Shown piece by piece: positions 27,261 through 35,711 of a DNA stretch of 44,905 bases. The stretch is from Deltaproteobacteria bacterium. Its GTDB lineage: Bacteria; Desulfobacterota; QYQD01. The DNA is taken from contig QYQD01000026.1 in assembly GCA_007280345.1 (NCBI GenBank), positions 1 to 44,905 of the forward strand, read 5' to 3'. The translations under genes were made by a program, and so were the position numbers. How positions within the stretch are numbered: position 1 is the first letter of the stretch; each line of letters starts with the position of its first letter. The notes under the pieces are model-generated. The model saw only the letters and a list, made by a program, of their open reading frames with translations. It was not told where the DNA came from and did not search any database.

Positions 27261-28645
27261 ACAGATACGGTAGTTCCAGCGCCCAACTTGCTCTTTATAT
27301 CTATTCTGCCCCCATAGAGATTCACTATTTCATCGCAGATACTAAGGCCGAGTCCGACACCGCCGCTCTCTCTTGAACGGGATTTATCAACCCGGTAGAA
27401 GCGGTCAAACACCCTGTCTATGTCTTCTTCAGGTATGCCCATCCCGGTGTCCTTTACTTCGGCGACGATGAAACCCGTTTCTTTTCTCATAGAAATATCT
27501 ATCTTTCCCTGAGGGACATTGTATTTTATGGCATTATCTACGAGATTGACGAACAGTTCCAATAATGCCGGACGATCCCCGATGATTATACATGGCCCGT
27601 CTGCAGATATGTTTATGCTGATACCCTTCTGTTCAGCAAGCGAACGTAACAGCTTTACCGCCTCATGGATGATTTCGCTCAGGTCTATTTTCCCGGCCTT
27701 AAACTCACCTTTATCAGTGGTCAGGCGGGCCATGATAAGGAGTTTCTGCACTATTTCCGACATCATTCTTGCCGCTTTCATGATGGCGGTAAGGGCATCC
27801 TTGTATTCCCCGGCAGTCCTCTCTTTCCTCAGCATAATCTCTCCCTGGCTCAGGATGACCGATAACGGCGTCCTCAGCTCATGGGAGGCATCCGCGGTAA
27901 ATTGCGTCTGACGCTTGAATGACCTCTCCAGACGGTCGAAGGTATGGTTGAAAGAAGATGCCAGTATCCTCAGTTCCTCCGGGATGCTCCCCGGCGCTAT
28001 CCTCTCCGAAAGGTTTGATTCCGAAATCCTGTCTATGGCCTCTGAGATCTCCTTTACGGGAGTGAGCGCCTTTTTTGCGATTAAAAAGCCACCTGATACA
28101 GAAATGAGCATGATGGAAAGGATGGAAAGGTAAAGGATGACCCTGTAATTCTTAAGGAGACTTATCCGGTCCTGTATGTCCTCAGCGCACTGGATAATGA
28201 GGCCATGTCCTTTGCCGGCCGTTTCTTTATCATGCCCGTTTTCCTCTGAAATATGAAAATTGATGACTCTTACCAGGGTCCCATTGAGAAGAACGGTTTT
28301 AAGGGTTGTCTGCCTCTCCCCGGCCTGAAAAGGGAGTACCTGATCTCGCAAGGATGCTGATTTCTCCAGGATAGTTCCATCAAGACGGCGAATCTGAAAG
28401 AAGCTCTTTGATTTTGGTGAATTATACTCCCACATAACCTCGTCGGAAAAGTTAAATTCTGTTTCATTATTATCATTGTCGATAAGCGTCGCCAGGGCCT
28501 TTGCCCGCGAGAGTAGGCTTGAGTCAATGGAATCATAGACGATTTTCCCAAGGCTGAGATAGAGGAATATCCCCAGTACGCATAGGCTCACAAACAGAAC
28601 CATTGTGTAGAATACGATGATTTTTGCCTTTATGGAAGAAAACAT
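27212..28645 (-). CDS. HAMP-domain sensor histidine kinase (heavy-metal/CusS-like)
   Basis: 2 TM, HAMP, FTADASHELRTPL, NLVDNAIKY, DTGMGI, GLGLSI. Confidence 0.94.
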   Translation of the reverse strand: MFSSIKAKIIVFYTMVLFVSLCVLGIFLYLSLGKIVYDSIDSSLLSRAKALATLIDNDNNETEFNFSDEVMWEYNSPKSKSFFQIRRLDGTILEKSASLRDQVLPFQAGERQTTLKTVLLNGTLVRVINFHISEENGHDKETAGKGHGLIIQCAEDIQDRISLLKNYRVILYLSILSIMLISVSGGFLIAKKALTPVKEISEAIDRISESNLSERIAPGSIPEELRILASSFNHTFDRLERSFKRQTQFTADASHELRTPLSVILSQGEIMLRKERTAGEYKDALTAIMKAARMMSEIVQKLLIMARLTTDKGEFKAGKIDLSEIIHEAVKLLRSLAEQKGISINISADGPCIIIGDRPALLELFVNLVDNAIKYNVPQGKIDISMRKETGFIVAEVKDTGMGIPEEDIDRVFDRFYRVDKSRSRESGGVGLGLSICDEIVNLYGGRIDIKSKLGAGTTVSVYLPHPFLDLTYLRNK

Positions 28646-28646
28646 C

Positions 28647-29315
28647 TTATCTCTTCAGCATGTATCCGGCCCCACGGATGGTATGGATGAGCCTTCTGCT
28701 AAAATCTCGGTCTATCTTGTTCCGGACGCGATTGATAAAGACATCTATGACATTGCTATCCAAGTCAAAATCCTGGTCATAAATATGTTCCGTCAGGGAT
28801 GTCCTTGTAAGCACCTTATCACTGTTAATCGCCATATACTCAAGGAGGGCATATTCTCTTGCCGAAAGCGAAATCAGTCTCCCTCCCCTTTTCACTTCAT
28901 GGGAGGCCGTGTCGATAACCAGATCTCCTATCTCAATAATGGAGGATTTAACCTCGGAGCCCCGCCTGATTAAGGCCCTTATTCGGGCCAGGAGTTCGTC
29001 AAAGGAGAAGGGTTTGGTCAGATAGTCGTCAGCGCCGCTATCGAGCCCGGACACCTTATCCATTACTGTATCCTTGGCTGTAAGCATGAGGACAGGGGTT
29101 CTCACCCCAGCCTTACGTATCCTTTTGAGAATGGTCATCCCATCAATAACAGGCAGCATGATATCCAGTAGAATGAGGTCTGATGCCTCGTTTTCCGCCA
29201 TAAAGAGCCCATCCTCGCCATTGTATGCAACATCCACTGCATATCCCTCTTCCTCAAGTCCCTTCTTTACAATGTCCGCAAGAGATTTTTCGTCTTCAAC
29301 AATTAATATGCGCAT
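28647..29315 (-). CDS. OmpR-family response regulator
   Basis: ILIVEDE, LLDIMLP, DYLTKPF, winged helix IHTIRGAGY. Confidence 0.96.
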   Translation of the reverse strand: MRILIVEDEKSLADIVKKGLEEEGYAVDVAYNGEDGLFMAENEASDLILLDIMLPVIDGMTILKRIRKAGVRTPVLMLTAKDTVMDKVSGLDSGADDYLTKPFSFDELLARIRALIRRGSEVKSSIIEIGDLVIDTASHEVKRGGRLISLSAREYALLEYMAINSDKVLTRTSLTEHIYDQDFDLDSNVIDVFINRVRNKIDRDFSRRLIHTIRGAGYMLKR

Positions 29316-29324
29316 ATGCTTTCG

Positions 29325-30003
29325 TTACAGCTTTTTGAAATAGTCCTCCAAGAGGTCCACTTCATCTAAGATCATCTGACCGATGAAATAAAGCTGTTCA
29401 CCATCCCTTTTGCGAAGGACCTCCGGCAGCCGGGCTATTGTGGTTTCCACGAGACCGCTCAAGGACTTTGTTTTGATCGTGATCGAGAGAGACGTCCATG
29501 TATTCTGTGCCTCTTTCATCGCCCTCTCAGCCGCCTTCCAGTCCTGTATTTTGGGTCTGTACTGTAGTTCCCGTGCCAGATAGTCGAGGTACACGACCTC
29601 CCGAGGTGTAACCTGAGCGCCTGACTTATAAAGCAGGTCGACAAACTCCAGAAAGAGACGGTTGTCGTCTATAATGAATTTGTACACCTCTTTTGTATGC
29701 CATAATTCCTCCATTTTTCTGATCCGGTTCTGGAGCCCATCAGCCTTTTCTGCACCGATCTGCCCATCTGATTCAAGGGCTGAGACCCCATCCTTTAATT
29801 CCTTCAGGGAGTTCATCACAGCGGCAGAATCCCTGGCTGCTGCGTGATCAATCATATCCTCCTGCCAAGGTTTCGAGGTGCTTTAAGAATTGTACGGTTG
29901 TCTTTTGAGCAGGCTGTGCGGATGCCGTCGAGTACGACATGCAGAGGAGAATAGAAACAACAAGCAATAGAATGTTCCTTCTAAAATTGTTTTCTGCCTT
30001 CAT
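29325..30003 (-). pseudogene. Frameshifted secreted helical protein (or sequencing error)
   Basis: ATG 30003 with SD encodes MKAENNFRRNILLLVVSILLC...LETLA; removing one G at 29861-29862 joins it to EDMIDHAAARD of ORF 29325-29855. Confidence 0.7.
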
Positions 30004-30082
30004 GATGCGGCCTCCTTATTATGAGTTTGAAAACAAAATATCTTTATAAAAGAATTATCATTCATTCAATGGAAAATAGCAA

Positions 30083-30104
30083 GGGGCGGAAGAACTTCCG
30101 CCCC
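30083..30104 (-). terminator. Putative intrinsic terminator after the PepSY gene
   Basis: Minus strand GGGGCGGAA-GTTC-TTCCGCCCC followed by TTGCTATTTT. Confidence 0.55.
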
Positions 30105-30114
30105 CCCGGGGTTA

Positions 30115-30510
30115 TTACCTTTCACCTCCTTCTTCATGACCGTTGTCAGAGTCCTCTCCTTCACGGCCTTCGTTGTCCTCTTGGTCGGCCTCGACCTTAA
30201 GGACCCTCCCGCTTCCTGCATCGACCTTTACATCCGCTATCTGCCGGTCAGCCATTACGATCTCTACTCCATAGACTAGATAACCGTCTTCGTTCTCCAG
30301 TTCTGCCTTCAATACCTTGCCCGGAACCTGTTTCAACGCCGCATTCATAGCAGAATCAAGAGAGATCTTGGCCATTCCTGCAAATCCGGCCTCGTCTTCG
30401 CTTTTAACGCGAATACTCCCCGTGTACTTGGCCTGCTGAGCGAATGCCCCGCCGATGGCCAGAAGCACCACCAGAACAACACCGCCGATGATTGTCATCA
30501 TCCTTTTCAT
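30115..30510 (-). CDS. PepSY-domain secreted protein
   Basis: Signal peptide; AKISLDSAMNAAL..VPGKVLKAELENEDGYLVYGVEI..VKVDAGSGRVL; SD AGGAGG before ATG 30510. Confidence 0.9.
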   Translation of the reverse strand: MKRMMTIIGGVVLVVLLAIGGAFAQQAKYTGSIRVKSEDEAGFAGMAKISLDSAMNAALKQVPGKVLKAELENEDGYLVYGVEIVMADRQIADVKVDAGSGRVLKVEADQEDNEGREGEDSDNGHEEGGER

Positions 30511-30570
30511 CTCTTTCACCTCCTTTCACTCCGAATCTGCAAGCTGTATTTGATTTCAGCTTGTGACTCG

Positions 30571-30603
30571 ATTATAACGACGGTAAGATTACAGGAAGAT
30601 TAA
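30571..30603 (-). promoter_or_regulatory. Putative OmpR-type direct-repeat box and -10 element of the PepSY gene
   Basis: TAATCTT repeated at 11-bp spacing on the minus strand, followed by TATAAT at 30576-30571. Confidence 0.5.
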
Positions 30604-30874
30604 AGCGGGAAAGATATACAACAATAGCGGTAAAAATGATCCCGAAAGAGGTTCGCGGGGATTGCCGGAACAGGATAATCGCCGCATAACACGAGTATTT
30701 CAGGAAGAACTGACAACCCCACAGCAAACGTGACAGAAAGGGTTAGCGGTGGTATATATGCCGAAAACGATCACGGCTGCCAAGCTTACCCGGTTCCATA
30801 CCCCAGGGCTATCTTTCATTTTTCAAAGAGTAAAAAGTCGTAAAACGCTAAATTTCATTTAGGAGGAATTTAAA

Positions 30875-31621
30875 ATGGCTTTAAAGGACGAATTAGAAAA
30901 ACACGGAGAGTGGCTTTTTAGACGGAGAAGTTACCTCCCCTTACTTATTCTGCCGATATTACTTGTCGCCTTAAGAAATTCTGAAGGTCTGGAGCAAGTT
31001 TTTGGAGATTTAGCAGATGGCCTCTGGGAAGCCTTCTGCATAGTAATATCTCTTACCGGGTTAGCGGTCCGTTGCATTACGGTCGGCTTTGTGCCGGGTG
31101 GGACATCGGGTAGAAATACAGAAAAACAAATAGCAGAATCACTTAACACGACCGGTATGTACTCAATAGTAAGAAACCCCCTTTATCTGGGAAATTTTTT
31201 CATCTTTTTAGGATTCGCCTTGTTTATTGAGGTATGGTGGTTTACGCTGATCGCTGTTTTGGCATTCTGGTTATATTATGAAAGAATAGTCTTTGCGGAA
31301 GAAGAATTTTTGCGGAGAAAATTCGGGGATGCATTCCTGCAATGGGCCGGGAAGACTCCGTCCTTCATTCCTAATTTTAGAAACTGGCAGCCACCGAGTT
31401 TACCATTTTCCTTAAGAAACGTTCTCCAGAGAGAATACACAGGCCTATTCGTAATAACTACGTCTTTTACTATCCTGGAGATTCTTGGTGATTTGTTAGC
31501 TGAAGGTGAATTAGAAATAGACCTGCCGTGGGTAATAATGTTCATCGTTGGGTTAATAATATATTTAACATTGAGGACGTTAAAAAAGAAAACCGGAATA
31601 CTTTATGTTGAAGGAAGATAA
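30875..31621 (+). CDS. Isoprenylcysteine carboxyl methyltransferase family; LmtA-like lipid A phosphate methyltransferase
   Basis: MAL..E.E..G.WLFR.RSYLP start, GTSGRNT, LNTTGMYSIVRNPLYLGN, YYERIVFAEEEFL. Confidence 0.8.
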   Translation: MALKDELEKHGEWLFRRRSYLPLLILPILLVALRNSEGLEQVFGDLADGLWEAFCIVISLTGLAVRCITVGFVPGGTSGRNTEKQIAESLNTTGMYSIVRNPLYLGNFFIFLGFALFIEVWWFTLIAVLAFWLYYERIVFAEEEFLRRKFGDAFLQWAGKTPSFIPNFRNWQPPSLPFSLRNVLQREYTGLFVITTSFTILEILGDLLAEGELEIDLPWVIMFIVGLIIYLTLRTLKKKTGILYVEGR

Positions 31622-32967
31622 TGGAACATAAGATCATTGGATTCCTGCTCCCTCATCTCAATCACTGGGGATACTATGTTCTACTCCTCGTAACCTTCCT
31701 TGAGACCTCCGCATTCCTCGGCTTCCTTGTGCCAGGTGAAAGCATGATTGTAATAGCCGGGCTTCTGGCCTCCAGGGGGGTACTTGAACTGGGTGATGTG
31801 ATCTGGGTTGCCTCCCTTGGCGCAATAATGGGGGACACGGTGGGATATCTTATAGGTAGCAGATTCGGAGAAGGAGCCTTGCTAAGATACGGCAAGTACT
31901 TCTTCCTCAAAAAGGAGCATCTCGATGATGCCAAGAGATTTTTTGCCAAACACGGCGGGAAGACCGTGTTCTTCGGTCGCTTTATGGCCTGGCTCAGGGC
32001 CTTTGCCCCGGTTGTTGCCGGCATAACAGGAATGCATTATCCCAAATTTCTCCTTTTCAATGTGGCTGGCGGTATAGCATGGGCAGCAATATTTTCGTTG
32101 CTCGGCTATTTGGTCGGTAATAGCTGGGACATAATTAAGATATACCTCGGCCGTCTGGGAATCTTCGCATTTATAATTGGAGTTATTGTTGTTTATATTT
32201 ATTTTCTTTTCACAAAAAAGAGGCGGCTGATTCGGGAGAAGGCGAGCTGGATTGACAGAAGGCTGTCTGGTCAGATGCCAAAGACATGGGAATTTGTTAA
32301 AGCCCGTTTCAGCGCCAGCAGATGGTACGGATTGAACCTGACACTGGGCATTGTACTTTTTGTCATTGCCCTTTTGTCCTTTGGTGAAATTATTGAAGAT
32401 TTAATAGATAGGGAAACACTATTTTATCTGGACTTCAGGATACAGAGGCTTGTGGAGAGAATTATCACCCCTCAGGTAACGAGGTTTATGGTGGATATAA
32501 CCAATGTCGGCGGTGTCTATCTTGCCTTGCTTGTAACCTGCGCAATCGCCTTTTATCTCCTGTATAAAAGATACTGGTGGGAGCTTTTTAGCGCCTTTTT
32601 AGTGATCGGAGGGGGAGAAACCATCCTGACCCTTTTGAAACTCCTCTTCCACAGGCCAAGGCCAGCCGAACAATTAATAACGGCGCATGGTTATAGTTTC
32701 CCAAACGGCCATGCCTTTTCGGCCGTAATAGTGTATGGTTTTTTAGTATATGTTACATGGAAATTTATCAGGAGTGAGGCAATAAGGTTTATAATATTTT
32801 TTGCATCAATCTTTCTTACCGTTTTCGTCGGTATCAGCCGGGTCTATCTCAATGTGCATTGGTTGACAGATGTGCTTGGAGGCTATACTTCAGGATTTGC
32901 ATGGCTTGTATTTAGCATTATTATGGTGAATACAACCAGGCAGTATTATAAGCATGTGCCATGCTAA
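31621..32967 (+). CDS. Bifunctional DedA / PAP2 phosphatase
   Basis: DedA ETSAFLGFLVPGE, FFGRF; PAP2 KLLFHRPRP, FPNGH, SRVYLNVHWLTDV. Confidence 0.92.
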   Translation: MEHKIIGFLLPHLNHWGYYVLLLVTFLETSAFLGFLVPGESMIVIAGLLASRGVLELGDVIWVASLGAIMGDTVGYLIGSRFGEGALLRYGKYFFLKKEHLDDAKRFFAKHGGKTVFFGRFMAWLRAFAPVVAGITGMHYPKFLLFNVAGGIAWAAIFSLLGYLVGNSWDIIKIYLGRLGIFAFIIGVIVVYIYFLFTKKRRLIREKASWIDRRLSGQMPKTWEFVKARFSASRWYGLNLTLGIVLFVIALLSFGEIIEDLIDRETLFYLDFRIQRLVERIITPQVTRFMVDITNVGGVYLALLVTCAIAFYLLYKRYWWELFSAFLVIGGGETILTLLKLLFHRPRPAEQLITAHGYSFPNGHAFSAVIVYGFLVYVTWKFIRSEAIRFIIFFASIFLTVFVGISRVYLNVHWLTDVLGGYTSGFAWLVFSIIMVNTTRQYYKHVPC

Positions 32968-33057
32968 GTATCTGTCCCTGACTTTTTTCTTTTACCCTCT
33001 CCATATCTGGTCTCTGATAGTGTGCCCCTAATCGTCTGTGTACCCTTGTTTAATATT

Positions 33058-33240
33058 TCAGGCAGCAGTCTGGATCTTCCTTTCGTGAAGTATTCAGGCG
33101 AGAGGAAGCCCTAAAAGAGACAATCCGACAATCCACCACAACGATGCGTCGATACCGTAGTAATCAACGACAAAGCCGGGGGCGAAAACAGCAACTGCGC
33201 CGAGCGCATCGCCTACACCCAATGCGATTCCCGAAGCCAT
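33058..33240 (-). pseudogene. Remnant resembling the C-terminus of an MFS transporter
   Basis: MASGIALGVGDALGAVAVFAPGFVVDYYGIDASLWWIVGLSLLGLPLA*ILHERKIQTAA*; internal TGA at 33094-33096. Confidence 0.45.
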
Positions 33241-33274
33241 ATTTGCAATAATAGCTTTAACCTTTGTTCAGTTC

Positions 33275-35695
33275 TTATAATCCGAATCTTCTGAATAAAT
33301 AATATTTCGGAAAATCTATGCCCAGTGTGAATATGGCCGAGAATGCCAGAACAGTGAGAACCTGGTGCAATGTGAGTGACGGGACAAAGATGCCATATAT
33401 GCCTAACAGTGCAAAGCTAATTATAGTAGCCGCACTCAGGATTAATAATTCCCTGCCGGGAATGGATGACCAGAAATGCCTTCTCTCCCTCACGATCAGT
33501 ACTCTGAACTGACTGTTGAATATAAGATTAAGCATTACCATGGTTCGCAGCCTTTCCCCTTCGAGGTGAAAATAATTTATACCAATGAATATCACTATCA
33601 AACCTTCTACTACCAGCAGTATTCCCGGAATGAGTGATGCCAGAGTAATATTTTTCACATTCCACTTGTTAGGATTCGGTGTATGCTTTACATTGTCGGT
33701 TGCCAACGACATGGTTACGAAATCATTTGCGAATACGAGCAGTGACATGCCAAGGAGAGAAAGGACAATATCATGGAGCCATAAAAAGCTTATGGTCAAC
33801 AGGCCCACAAATTCTATAACCTTGGTAACCTTGTTTATAACCCATGAAAGCATCCGTTGATATGTCTGCCTGCTTATAGTTATTGCATCAATTATTACAC
33901 CTATACCCTGCTCGGTCAGCACCACGCTCGCAGATGCCTTTGCCACATCTGCTGCATTGTAAACAGCTATCCCCATCTCTGCCTGTTTCAGTGCAGGTGC
34001 ATCATTGACTCCATCACCTGTCATACCTACCATGTGTCCTCTGGATTGTAAGAGCTTTACTATCCTGTATTTGTCTTCAGGGTATATCTCTGCAAGGCCG
34101 TCAATTTCACCAATAATCTTTACCTGTTCATCCTCGCTTAAGCCTTTAATGTCCTCAAGCCGGATAATCTTATCACCAATCTCCACTTGACGGGCTATCT
34201 CTTTAGCTATGGCTATGTTATCCCCTGTAAGCATCATGGGCTTTACCCCCAGTCTTCTTGCCTCCTCTATCATGCTCTCTGCATCAGGACGGGGCGGATC
34301 GGAAAGCGGCAGCAATCCGGCAAGCCTGAGATTATCCAGGTCATCGCCGTGTGACATGGCGACGGCTATGGTCCTGTAGCCTTTTCGGGAGAACTCCTCT
34401 ATTATTCTGTTAGCATTCTCTATGGTCTCCTTATAAATTCCACCACACATGGACATGACCACCTGTGCTGCGCCTTTAATGGCACTGAACTGCCTTCCAT
34501 TGGCTTCAACAATAGCCTCTGTCCTCTTGATCGAAGGATTAAAAGGCGTATATGAGACCTGCCTGTAGGCATTCAAGTCGATTCCCGTATTTTTGGCATA
34601 TTCAATAACTGCAAGGTCTATGATATCCATGCCCTCTTCTTTGGACGCCAGGGATGCCATTTTGACAACATCCTCCTTTGTGTAGCCCGGAAACGGTATG
34701 CTGTCTGTGACCGTCAATCTGTTCTGCGTTATGGTGCCTGTCTTGTCGAGGCACAAGACATCTATGGAAGCGGCATCTTCTATCGAGTCCAGTCTCGTTA
34801 CCAGCGCTCCTTTTTTTGCAAGCTCCATCGCGCCGACCGCCTGCACTATGGTCAACACCGCTGGAAGCGCCACAGGCACCGCTCCCATAAGGAAAATTAC
34901 AATGAATGTCAATATCGTCAATACGCCGATATGCATCATGAGGGCGTACAGTGAGACCACGACTGATGCGGCTAAGCCCAGATACATCATGTACTTGACT
35001 ATAGCCATCATCACTTCTTCCTGATGGGACTTCGGCTGTGCTGTCCTGACCAGTTCGGCTGTCTTGCCGAAGAATGTATTCCCGCCGGTATTGACCACTG
35101 CACATCTGGCTTCTCCCTGTCGTATTACAGAACCTGAATAGACAATATCCGATTGATGAGCACTTGCAGGCAGGGATTCGCCTGTCAGGGCAGACTGGTC
35201 TACAGAGAGTTCACCGTTCACAATCATGGCGTCGGCAGGCACTATGTCGCCGAGTTTTACGGCTATAATATCTCCGGGCACTATCTCCCTCGCCTCTTTC
35301 ATCGTCCATTTGCCTTCCCGCAATACCTTTGCCCTGACAGCCAGTTTTTTCTTCAGAAGCTCTACTGCCTTTTGTGAACTGCTGGAGTGCTTATGCCCTA
35401 TGACGGCATTTAATGTCAGCAATGCAAAAATTATTAGCCCTTCAAGATAATGTCCTAATATTAATGAAAGTCCCATCGCAAGCTCCAGCAGCCACGGCAT
35501 CGGGCCCCAGTAACGCAGCAGGAATTCGAGGAAAGGGTTTTTCTTTTTCTCCACTATTTCGTTATATCCGAATATCTTAAGCCTATTTTCGACCTCGGAT
35601 TCAATGAGACCATCCATTGATGTTTCTAAGGATTTGAGGGTATCATCAATGGAAAACTTTTCGTATTCAGATGTATTGCGAACTTTTAAATTCAT
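33275..35695 (-). CDS. Plasma-membrane proton-efflux type (P3A) P-type ATPase
   Basis: WGPMPW, DQSALTGES, VPVALP, DKTGTITQN, GDGVNDAPAL, NDFVTMS; start taken at MNLK. Confidence 0.9.
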   Translation of the reverse strand: MNLKVRNTSEYEKFSIDDTLKSLETSMDGLIESEVENRLKIFGYNEIVEKKKNPFLEFLLRYWGPMPWLLELAMGLSLILGHYLEGLIIFALLTLNAVIGHKHSSSSQKAVELLKKKLAVRAKVLREGKWTMKEAREIVPGDIIAVKLGDIVPADAMIVNGELSVDQSALTGESLPASAHQSDIVYSGSVIRQGEARCAVVNTGGNTFFGKTAELVRTAQPKSHQEEVMMAIVKYMMYLGLAASVVVSLYALMMHIGVLTILTFIVIFLMGAVPVALPAVLTIVQAVGAMELAKKGALVTRLDSIEDAASIDVLCLDKTGTITQNRLTVTDSIPFPGYTKEDVVKMASLASKEEGMDIIDLAVIEYAKNTGIDLNAYRQVSYTPFNPSIKRTEAIVEANGRQFSAIKGAAQVVMSMCGGIYKETIENANRIIEEFSRKGYRTIAVAMSHGDDLDNLRLAGLLPLSDPPRPDAESMIEEARRLGVKPMMLTGDNIAIAKEIARQVEIGDKIIRLEDIKGLSEDEQVKIIGEIDGLAEIYPEDKYRIVKLLQSRGHMVGMTGDGVNDAPALKQAEMGIAVYNAADVAKASASVVLTEQGIGVIIDAITISRQTYQRMLSWVINKVTKVIEFVGLLTISFLWLHDIVLSLLGMSLLVFANDFVTMSLATDNVKHTPNPNKWNVKNITLASLIPGILLVVEGLIVIFIGINYFHLEGERLRTMVMLNLIFNSQFRVLIVRERRHFWSSIPGRELLILSAATIISFALLGIYGIFVPSLTLHQVLTVLAFSAIFTLGIDFPKYYLFRRFGL

Positions 35696-35711
35696 ATCGC
35701 ACCTCAAATTA

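Noticed and set aside
33094-33096. TGA in the MFS-like fragment as selenocysteine
   Set aside because: Hydrophobic context fits Trp>stop; no redox motif or convincing SECIS.
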